The notes under the pieces: model-generated
The model's input: the letters and a program-made list of their open reading frames with translations, nothing else
What the model was told of the DNA's origin: nothing
The model's database searches: none
Translations under genes and position numbers: made by a program
Source of the DNA: a virus
Lineage: Duplodnaviria > Heunggongvirae > Uroviricota > Caudoviricetes
Virus record (IMG/VR): IMGVR_UViG_3300045049_000270
Length of the DNA: 22,043 nt
Reading direction: 5' to 3' (one strand)
Shown here: positions 14,871 through 21,809 of the stretch, one piece after another
Position numbering within the stretch: the stretch's first letter is position 1
How the letters are laid out: every line of letters starts with the position of its first letter

Positions 14871-15436
14871 TAAATGAATTTTACGTATTCGTAATAATGA
14901 TCCCAATGTGGCAATTCGCACAACATAGAATATCCATTGGGAAAATTCGCCACCACCAAACCAGCATCAACCATAGACAAATTGGGATTATTATAAACCA
15001 CAATCATTTCATCGTTAGTCAATTGTTCTTCAATATGCCAACTCATAGTGGCAGAATTAAACCACCGATTGTTCTTGACTAAGTCATACATTTCAAGCGA
15101 AACAAACACTTGATTACCCGCACCACGATAGCTTTTAGCAGCAATGCTATTTGCTGCTTTATTAGCAGCAAGCATGACGACATCAGAATATTCAAGTTGC
15201 TTGGGATCTTTTGAAATTTCAGTGGCTTTGAGCCCTCGAATAAGCTTCAGAGCTGAAGCCAAAACCAAGTCCGCGTTGTGCTCTCCGTGATTCGTGAGCA
15301 ACGCTGGTGTATGCTGACCAATTTTGATAGAATCAGCTCTACCAGTCAGTATATCGAAATGTACTTCGATGCTATCAAAATGATCGTGATCATTTGCCAA
15401 TTGCACATTGGCAGCGATTGATTGTAATGTTGTCAT
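14870..15436 (-). CDS. Truncated T4 gp23-like paralog 1 (188 aa)
   Basis: IAAKSYRGAGNQVFVS...MVDAGLVV; colinear with paralog 2. Confidence 0.65.
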   Translation of the reverse strand: MTTLQSIAANVQLANDHDHFDSIEVHFDILTGRADSIKIGQHTPALLTNHGEHNADLVLASALKLIRGLKATEISKDPKQLEYSDVVMLAANKAANSIAAKSYRGAGNQVFVSLEMYDLVKNNRWFNSATMSWHIEEQLTNDEMIVVYNNPNLSMVDAGLVVANFPNGYSMLCELPHWDHYYEYVKFI

Positions 15437-15979
15437 TTAGTTATGAGCTTGATAAGGACGTGAAACTACCAAACGATTTTGCCAGTTTTGAATATAAGGA
15501 CCGGCCATAGCTGGGCAATGTGTAAACCAGACGACATTCTCGGCGTTGCGTTTCTGAGCACTCGTTGTGAAGTTGAAGCTTCCTGTGATAACGTCAGTAC
15601 CGTCGATGACCATCACTTTGTTATGTGCTATCGCAACTGTGTAATCAGTTGCCACAGGCACACCAGCCGCCAGGAATGGTTTGATCAAATTTGCGTAGCG
15701 TGCTTCTTCATTGCTCTTGTCGAGAATGAAACGCACATCAACACTACGCTTGGTTTTTGCGTCGTAAAGAGCTTGCAAGATTGCAGGGTCGGTGAAGTTA
15801 TATGCTTGCACCAAGATTTGATGTTGAGCTGAGTTGACTGCACGAACGACAAGTGATTCGCCACCGCCATTTGGACTGAATTCAACATCAGCAGTGCATT
15901 GCAGGTTCATCTGTGTTGCATATGCTTGGGAAGTGAAGAGAACAATACTAGTTGCCAGAAGAGTGATCAATTTTTTCAT
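15437..15979 (-). CDS. Secreted phospholipase D-family (Nuc-like) endonuclease
   Basis: Sec signal peptide ending AYA; single HxKxxxxD (HNKVMVID) followed by GSFNFT. Confidence 0.9.
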   Translation of the reverse strand: MKKLITLLATSIVLFTSQAYATQMNLQCTADVEFSPNGGGESLVVRAVNSAQHQILVQAYNFTDPAILQALYDAKTKRSVDVRFILDKSNEEARYANLIKPFLAAGVPVATDYTVAIAHNKVMVIDGTDVITGSFNFTTSAQKRNAENVVWFTHCPAMAGPYIQNWQNRLVVSRPYQAHN

Positions 15980-16078
15980 TTTTGTTTTTATTTTTAGAAT
16001 ATTTTGCCCAACCGTAGAATGCCACTATAACAAAGAAAAGTGAAATGTCATATGGGTTTCCATCAATCCATTTGAACA

Positions 16079-16267
16079 TTATGACATAACCCATTTAATG
16101 GATTTTAAGTATCTGATTAAGTACCAATCAAATACTGATCCCAATATGTCGGCCGTTTTCGGCCATCCAAGCCACTCAAAGATGTTTGCCGCTACAGCAA
16201 ACATCGATGCAAACATGAAGCCAGCGTAGCCGATCAGAAAGACCGGCACGGCAAACAGTTTTTTCAT
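16079..16267 (-). CDS. Small membrane protein (62 aa)
   Basis: Hydrophobic N-terminal half; ATGA overlap. Confidence 0.75.
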   Translation of the reverse strand: MKKLFAVPVFLIGYAGFMFASMFAVAANIFEWLGWPKTADILGSVFDWYLIRYLKSIKWVMS

Positions 16268-16671
16268 TTAGGTGCTGAATCGTCTATAGTTACACCAAGA
16301 GCAGCTCGATCAGCAGGCGACAACTTGCTCAATGCTGCTTGGCGAGCATTTATTTGCTTGTCGAGATCAGCCTTTTCAGCATTCAGCTTGTCAATCTGAG
16401 ACGTAATCTCAGTGCGGCGGTGGAACACATCAGTCTTACCTTCACGAACATAGTAATTGTTCGTCGTTGTAGTAGTGTTACCGCATTTGGCGATATAAAA
16501 TGACTTGATGTTGTAGCCACGATCAACATAGCTGACAGAGCAACCTTCGAACGTCCCAATGACCGTTGTTTCGGGGTTTGTAGCCATAGTGTCACGTCTA
16601 GGATCACTGCATCCCGTAAGGATGCAAACTAGAGCAGTCAAGCCAAGCACAACAGGAAGTTTAATGTTCAT
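16264..16671 (-). CDS. Lipoprotein (135 aa)
   Basis: Lipobox LTG-C; GC...C beta domain and C-terminal coiled coil. Confidence 0.85.
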   Translation of the reverse strand: MNIKLPVVLGLTALVCILTGCSDPRRDTMATNPETTVIGTFEGCSVSYVDRGYNIKSFYIAKCGNTTTTTNNYYVREGKTDVFHRRTEITSQIDKLNAEKADLDKQINARQAALSKLSPADRAALGVTIDDSAPK

Positions 16672-16698
16672 TTGTTTTCTTGTTAGTTAGAACAACAC

Positions 16699-16794
16699 TT
16701 GCCATTATACTGAAGATTGCCATATGCCAAAATAAAAGTGAGTAAAATCATTTGGCTACGCTTGCTTTTTCAGTTGCCATATGTATCATGCAAC
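16699..16794. promoter_or_regulatory. Divergent promoter region
   Basis: Minus strand TATAAT near 16704-16709; plus strand GC-TTGCTT (16762-16767), 16 bp, TATCAT (16784-16789). Confidence 0.6.
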
Positions 16795-16832
16795 CGTTGT
16801 TCCCATAACTATAACAATAATGGTTTGGCAAG

Positions 16833-17360
16833 ATGGAAATCGTAAAAGGTGAAAATTACGACAAGTGGGGTTTTGACAGCCGGGTAGATGAAATTGAAGA
16901 GTTGTTATCCTACACTACTCCGAGATTCCTTGGTACCAAAGACGGACTGACTCTTTACCATATCAAAGGTGAGTCTTGGAATCAGTTCATCTACTTGCAG
17001 CGTAACCGAGATAAAAAGGTTATCGGCATGCTCGCAATGGCAAAAACTCCATATAGACATATTGGTTATGGTGTTCGCGCAGTTTACATCAGTAGTAGGT
17101 ACCGAGGCAAAGGTCTTGGTACAGTTATGTACCTCGGCGCCGTTCATGTCTTGAAGAAGATTCACAGTAGCACTTGTATCGGTGAAATGGCAGTTCGTAC
17201 TTGGCGCAGTCTTAGCAAGTACCATACTCTCGAAATGTATGATTTGTATGAAAGAAAGCGTGACTTCAAATGGAAGAAGCGGGAATCTGTTCCTCGTATT
17301 GATAAAAAACGAATCGATGAAACTCGTGACTGTTATCACTTTGTGATCAAGCACGCTTGA
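16833..17360 (+). CDS. GNAT-like acetyltransferase (175 aa)
   Basis: VRAVYISSRYRGKGLGTVMY (motif A). Confidence 0.8.
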   Translation: MEIVKGENYDKWGFDSRVDEIEELLSYTTPRFLGTKDGLTLYHIKGESWNQFIYLQRNRDKKVIGMLAMAKTPYRHIGYGVRAVYISSRYRGKGLGTVMYLGAVHVLKKIHSSTCIGEMAVRTWRSLSKYHTLEMYDLYERKRDFKWKKRESVPRIDKKRIDETRDCYHFVIKHA

Positions 17361-17394
17361 CTGGTGGCCAGACGAGCGTATCATCTGGTTGTCA
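17355..17394 (+). promoter_or_regulatory. Hairpin-containing early promoter
   Basis: GC-TTGACT (17357-17362), 16 bp, TATCAT (17379-17384); 13 of 14 positions pair around loop GCGTA. Confidence 0.8.
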
Positions 17395-17412
17395 AATGAA
17401 CCGGAGGACAAC

Positions 17413-17607
17413 ATGGTTACAACAAAGCAGGTAAAGCAAGTTACTAATGCTGCTGGCTACGAGTACGTTGAACCTCGGCTAAGTGACGGGTTCCCGTTTG
17501 TAGTCGTCGGTGGTCTACCACGGGTTGATGTGAAGACACTGATCGAACAGGCCCGTCGCCGTCAAGCTGGCGATGCATTGATCATTAGCACTTCTGACGA
17601 TCAATGA
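17413..17607 (+). CDS. Hypothetical protein (64 aa)
   Basis: GGAGG RBS before ATG 17413. Confidence 0.75.
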   Translation: MVTTKQVKQVTNAAGYEYVEPRLSDGFPFVVVGGLPRVDVKTLIEQARRRQAGDALIISTSDDQ

Positions 17608-17987
17608 AGCTGATCGCCCTATTTTCGACAGGTGATGGATATACGTGGTCTTACGATCACGTCATCTGCGTCGAATGCGAATCTGCTGAAAAACTACTGG
17701 TTGACTTCGAGGCTGAGGTCCGTCGCGCGGCTGCTGATCGCGAATGCGAGGTGCTTGAGTATGAGCATTATTGCAAAGAGATGCAACGCGTTCGCTCAAA
17801 CAAGAAAGCCACCGAGGCTGATTATGAACGTGCGATGAGCATGCACCCGAAGCGCGATACTCATGTCCACTTCTTCGACCAGGAATGGTCGCTGGATACG
17901 TTCTATGATTTCGACACGAGAACGATCAACAACATCGAGATTCTGACGCTTGATGAATGGTTCGCACAGAATGTCATAAACGCTTGA
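17604..17987 (+). CDS. Hypothetical phage protein (127 aa)
   Basis: ATGA overlap; stop lies inside the next TTGACT. Confidence 0.85.
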   Translation: MKLIALFSTGDGYTWSYDHVICVECESAEKLLVDFEAEVRRAAADRECEVLEYEHYCKEMQRVRSNKKATEADYERAMSMHPKRDTHVHFFDQEWSLDTFYDFDTRTINNIEILTLDEWFAQNVINA

Positions 17988-18022
17988 CTCCTAGCCATAT
18001 GAATGTATCATATGATACATGG
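17982..18022 (+). promoter_or_regulatory. Hairpin-containing early promoter
   Basis: GC-TTGACT (17984-17989), 16 bp, TATCAT (18006-18011); CATATGA-atgta-TCATATG; overlapping 18-bp palindrome at 18003-18020. Confidence 0.8.
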
Positions 18023-18042
18023 TGAATAACACGGAGGTCGCA

Positions 18043-18609
18043 ATGGCAAAGGTCAAAGTTGATAGTGTAAAGAAGAAGATGGAAGCGTTTGCAAAACCCC
18101 TGAACGGGGTTGTCACAGCAACGCAAGGCAGAAACAGTGTTGCTATAGCAATGAATTTACCCATCAACGATGGCATTGTCATCGAAATGACAGTATATGA
18201 TGACGGTTATGTTCTGTGCGAAACGATCTACAAAGCACATGGCAAGCGTTTCTCGTTCGATCGTCTTGGTGTTGAAGACAGCTTCTACTTCGAAACATTG
18301 ACAAAACTACCTGAGCAGTTTGCTCAACAAGTTGAACGTGCTAAGGAACGCCAAGAAGTGCTCTCGCGCAGCAAACCGGTTAATCTCGGTCCCGTAACGA
18401 TTTATATGACCGAAGAAGCACGAGATGCGATGGTCGCAAAGCTAAAGAAGGGCGAAACATACTGTTATTTCCCGTCGGGTTTCGGTACTGGTTACAACTT
18501 TACGATTCGTTTCCGCAGGGAACGCTTTCCCGAAAAGATCAAGGCAAGTTATGAACTTGAGCGCTTGGTCGGTCAACGTGTGTTCATCTCTTCATTCGAC
18601 GCTGACTAA
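18043..18609 (+). CDS. Hypothetical protein (188 aa)
   Basis: GGAGG RBS before ATG 18043. Confidence 0.85.
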   Translation: MAKVKVDSVKKKMEAFAKPLNGVVTATQGRNSVAIAMNLPINDGIVIEMTVYDDGYVLCETIYKAHGKRFSFDRLGVEDSFYFETLTKLPEQFAQQVERAKERQEVLSRSKPVNLGPVTIYMTEEARDAMVAKLKKGETYCYFPSGFGTGYNFTIRFRRERFPEKIKASYELERLVGQRVFISSFDAD

Positions 18610-18623
18610 AACCGCGTTGGAAT

Positions 18624-18668
18624 TAAATTCACCTAGTGCTTGCAAAAAGCACTAGGTGAATTTACCAT
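18624..18668 (+). promoter_or_regulatory. Long stem-loop (17-18 bp) interlocked with an early promoter
   Basis: TAAATTCACCTAGTGCTT-gcaaa-AAGCACTAGGTGAATTTA; TTGCAA (18640-18645), 17 bp, TACCAT (18663-18668). Confidence 0.75.
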
Positions 18669-18699
18669 TGGAATATGGTGAATGCACAGGAGATCGTAA

Positions 18700-19020
18700 A
18701 TGAATCTTGATACGTATGATCGTGTTGAAGCACTGCTTGAAAAACTCAACGTACGAAATACACTGCGCAACAGTAATTATATCTACAATTTTGCAGATCA
18801 CGTCTCCGAAGCACAGATGGTGACACTCGAGAAAATGGCAAAGTTTGGTTGGACCGCAAGCAAAATTTACCACTCCACCAAAGATGGCAAGAAAGTGCTT
18901 GCAGTTGCACTGTATGCAAATGGTTGCGCCGGCTGGCTGTACCCGGATGGCAACTTTGTGCGTGCTGAACTTGGCAAGGCAACTGCATATCTGGATAATA
19001 ACTGGAAAGAACAAGTATAA
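18700..19020 (+). CDS. Hypothetical protein (106 aa)
   Basis: AGGAG RBS. Confidence 0.85.
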   Translation: MNLDTYDRVEALLEKLNVRNTLRNSNYIYNFADHVSEAQMVTLEKMAKFGWTASKIYHSTKDGKKVLAVALYANGCAGWLYPDGNFVRAELGKATAYLDNNWKEQV

Positions 19021-19029
19021 GGAGACAGT

Positions 19030-19302
19030 ATGAAACTTGGTAATTTCTACCTTTTCTTCAATGCTTTTCCGAAACACGTCTCTATGGCAGCTATGGAGAA
19101 TGGTGAACAATTTCGTATGCTCAATCACCATGGCAAGCCCGAAGGTGGCCGTTTTACTGTGGTTGAAAACAGCAATGGTGTATTCACTGCGCTCGATCAC
19201 AAAGGCAAATTAGTTGATCTATCGGAAAACAAATACAAACTGGTGAAGCCGATCGATGTCATTCCATTGACGATCGCGGCAAAGTTGAAATACTATGGGT
19301 AA
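19030..19302 (+). CDS. Hypothetical protein (90 aa), paralog of 20102-20536
   Basis: AAGGAG RBS; GEQFRMLNHHGKP. Confidence 0.85.
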   Translation: MKLGNFYLFFNAFPKHVSMAAMENGEQFRMLNHHGKPEGGRFTVVENSNGVFTALDHKGKLVDLSENKYKLVKPIDVIPLTIAAKLKYYG

Positions 19303-19305
19303 AGG

Positions 19306-19345
19306 TTGACACTATGTTCATTTGAACATACCATATGAGCATGGT
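19306..19345 (+). promoter_or_regulatory. Hairpin-containing early promoter
   Basis: TTGACA (19306-19311), 17 bp, TACCAT (19329-19334); 13 of 15 positions pair around loop ACATA. Confidence 0.85.
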
Positions 19346-19367
19346 AATATCTAATTGTGGAGGTAAA

Positions 19368-19931
19368 ATGCCGAATAGATCAGAACTCACACAACTTGAT
19401 TTTCGGGTTGACGAACAACAAGACCATTTCGTAATAACCATTATGTATAAAGGTCGTGATTTTGCATATCGTAGTCAATCGGCATCTTCTCCACAATATG
19501 TTGCCACCAGATTCCGCGTCAAATTCACCTTTACGAAAGGTTTCAAAGTTAAAGGATTTCCGCCGAGTGCAACGCTCGAAGCTATGACTTTACCTGTTCC
19601 TGGGCATTGGACCGTTGTCGATGAACTCACGCTTTCCGAAATGAAAACAGATAGATCGGCGATCGCTTGCATTTCCATTGCGGCCCTCAAAGAGAAAGCT
19701 TATGGGATTGCGATCGGTCGAATCCCGCAAATTTCGATAGATGAGGTAGATAATGCTTTGTCTAGTCCTTATGCTCCAGCCGGGGTGACAAAAGAACAAA
19801 TGATGCGCAACATTGCTGAACCTTACGTAAACGAAATATTGCAAGAGCTTGTCAAGTCTGAGTTTCACCGGTACCTCGAACATGATATGGATGAAATGGA
19901 GAGGCGAGCTTGCAGTCTTTACTTTAGTTAA
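19368..19931 (+). CDS. Hypothetical protein (187 aa)
   Basis: GGAGG RBS before ATG 19368. Confidence 0.8.
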   Translation: MPNRSELTQLDFRVDEQQDHFVITIMYKGRDFAYRSQSASSPQYVATRFRVKFTFTKGFKVKGFPPSATLEAMTLPVPGHWTVVDELTLSEMKTDRSAIACISIAALKEKAYGIAIGRIPQISIDEVDNALSSPYAPAGVTKEQMMRNIAEPYVNEILQELVKSEFHRYLEHDMDEMERRACSLYFS

Positions 19932-19934
19932 AGT

Positions 19935-19976
19935 GCTTGCAGCCATGTTCAGGTGAATGTATCATTTGAACATGGT
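19935..19976 (+). promoter_or_regulatory. Hairpin-containing early promoter (14-bp stem)
   Basis: GC-TTGCAG (19937-19942), 17 bp, TATCAT (19960-19965); CCATGTTCAGGTGA-atgta-TCATTTGAACATGG. Confidence 0.85.
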
Positions 19977-19999
19977 AAACGACTTCACAAGGAACTGAA

Positions 20000-20101
20000 A
20001 TGCTGCACATTCTCGCTCAAGTTGGTACGGTGGTTGGTGCTTTTGTCGTGATGATGATTGTGAATGCATGCGCCCGTCGTAACTTCGGAGGTGGTTTGTA
20101 A
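20000..20101 (+). CDS. Small membrane peptide (33 aa; not in ORF track)
   Basis: AAGGA RBS; MLHILAQVGTVVGAFVVMMIVNACARRNFGGGL; abuts the GTG of the next gene. Confidence 0.7.
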   Translation: MLHILAQVGTVVGAFVVMMIVNACARRNFGGGL

Positions 20102-20536
20102 GTGTTACTTGAAATAACAAGAAAGCCCAGACGCCTACGTTCACATCAACGTAGGCAATCAGGCATTCCTTGGCAATATACCCCGCGCGATATGGCATGG
20201 TGGAAGGACACACGACGAGCCGAACGCGTCCAACTCAAGTATCTGCAGAAGGGTGATCAATTCCGCTTTCTCAACAAACACGGCAAGCCATACGGCCCTA
20301 GATGGACTATTGTGTTTGATATGGAAGATTATAAAAACACATACTATCCAAACGGAGAATACCCCAAATTCATGCCTATGGATAGTATGCTCTTTAAGAA
20401 AGATGGTGATGATCGTAAATGGGCTAACGGTCACTGTCAAGAGCTGGTAGTCAAACCAATTCGCGGGGCTGCAATGTACATCGCCTCGATTTTCAGCCAA
20501 TCTACTGGATTCAATCTTCTGTCCGACTTGCTATAA
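20102..20536 (+). CDS. Hypothetical protein (144 aa), paralog of 19030-19302
   Basis: GGAGG RBS, GTG start; GDQFRFLNKHGKP. Confidence 0.8.
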   Translation: MLLEITRKPRRLRSHQRRQSGIPWQYTPRDMAWWKDTRRAERVQLKYLQKGDQFRFLNKHGKPYGPRWTIVFDMEDYKNTYYPNGEYPKFMPMDSMLFKKDGDDRKWANGHCQELVVKPIRGAAMYIASIFSQSTGFNLLSDLL

Positions 20537-20567
20537 TATTCATATGAATGTACCATACAAGAAATGG
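20528..20567 (+). promoter_or_regulatory. Early promoter with degenerate hairpin
   Basis: TTGCTA (20528-20533), 17 bp, TACCAT (20551-20556). Confidence 0.7.
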
Positions 20568-20584
20568 TACAAAGGAGAATGAAC

Positions 20585-20836
20585 ATGCAACTCACCGACG
20601 AAGAAATTGATACTCTGTTTGAAAGTGATCACTTTCAAAATAAAGTGATCGAATTGCTTGCTTCGCGCCTTCAAATCGACGTGAAAGTATCGAATGGTGC
20701 TCCGTATGAACAACGAAGCAACGAAGTAAGAGTCGAAGTCGCTTTGAAAGCAAATAACGGCAATAGCTTTGGTTGGGCTAACGAAGCAACTGAAATTTGC
20801 AGTGGAAGTGACTCAGTAACAGTGGAGACCAGCTAA
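20585..20836 (+). CDS. Hypothetical protein (83 aa)
   Basis: AAGGAG RBS; start 20585 or 20579. Confidence 0.8.
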   Translation: MQLTDEEIDTLFESDHFQNKVIELLASRLQIDVKVSNGAPYEQRSNEVRVEVALKANNGNSFGWANEATEICSGSDSVTVETS

Positions 20837-21463
20837 ATGGCCGAAATTGACCGAATCAATCACGTAAAAGCAACACAAGGTGATGAAGCCGCTCTTGCGT
20901 TTGCCGAGCGCACTATGAAGACCTACCGCACAGCAGTTCTTACAAGTGCAAAACGTGGCGCTGGTAAGCCGCACTTTGCAAGCGCAAATGTGTGGAAAGA
21001 AACATTCATCAAAAGCTATTTGGAACTGAAGCGTTACGTGATTGAACAACGACCTGGTCCTAAATTGTCGTTTGAAGAACGTATGGCACAAGCTGAAATT
21101 CGTCGCAAGGAGCAAGAACAAGCAGAAGCACGAGCCGAACGAGAACGTCGTCATCAAGCATTGCTCGAGAACGTGCAGGACAACATTCAACGTCGGGTGA
21201 AATATTTGCAATCTCTCAAAGATGGTGATCGACCGAAGTTTCATGCAATTGAACGGGTACTTGTCACGTATCACGAACATCCGGAATGGTTTACGGGTTA
21301 CAACATCACTACACGACGTGATGGTGATGCAGTTATTGTCACTGCACCTTTTGTAGTAGGATCTGTCTGCGGTAATGTTACCATGTACAATAGCGAGACG
21401 CAGTGCATTGGTGATTTGATTATGCGTGCGTTGGTTATCGGAGTGAAAGACCGAAAACTGTAA
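20837..21463 (+). CDS. Hypothetical phage protein (208 aa) with central coiled coil
   Basis: Abuts the previous stop; GGAG RBS. Confidence 0.85.
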   Translation: MAEIDRINHVKATQGDEAALAFAERTMKTYRTAVLTSAKRGAGKPHFASANVWKETFIKSYLELKRYVIEQRPGPKLSFEERMAQAEIRRKEQEQAEARAERERRHQALLENVQDNIQRRVKYLQSLKDGDRPKFHAIERVLVTYHEHPEWFTGYNITTRRDGDAVIVTAPFVVGSVCGNVTMYNSETQCIGDLIMRALVIGVKDRKL

Positions 21464-21473
21464 CGAGGTTGTA

Positions 21474-21809
21474 ATGGTTGAACGGTTCAAGCCAGCAGTG
21501 GAAAAAGAACCAACATTCAATACCCCATTTGCCGTCATGATAAATCATCATGACGGCAAATTCGTTAGATGGGTTGATTATCATGAACTCGAAACCCGAG
21601 TGAAAGACCTCGAAAACATACTGTCATTAAGCTTTGTTAAAGACTTAATGAATGGTAAAGTATTCAACGGTTATAAATTCATGCCTGTTGTTGCTACAAA
21701 CCAGATGGCCTCCCAAGCAGCTCATATAACGGACTATGCACGGAATGTCTGGTCGCTTATGGTAAGCACCACGCCGTCATATAATGACGCTAAGGGGAAG
21801 TATGGTTAA
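21474..21809 (+). CDS. Hypothetical protein (111 aa)
   Basis: GAGG RBS; N-terminus resembles that of the next gene. Confidence 0.8.
   Translation: MVERFKPAVEKEPTFNTPFAVMINHHDGKFVRWVDYHELETRVKDLENILSLSFVKDLMNGKVFNGYKFMPVVATNQMASQAAHITDYARNVWSLMVSTTPSYNDAKGKYG

Noticed and set aside
16079-16671. Spanin or holin assignment for the lipoprotein and membrane protein
   Set aside because: No endolysin nearby, gene order and overlap do not match i-spanin/o-spanin, and the promoter appears sigma70-type rather than late.
16905-19946. Long minus-strand ORFs 16905-17414, 18652-19200, 19590-19946 and similar
   Set aside because: Antisense to well-supported + strand genes that have RBSs and promoters.
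20813-21538. 241-aa minus-strand ORF
   Set aside because: Antisense shadow of the 20837-21463 gene; no RBS or promoter, and atypical composition.
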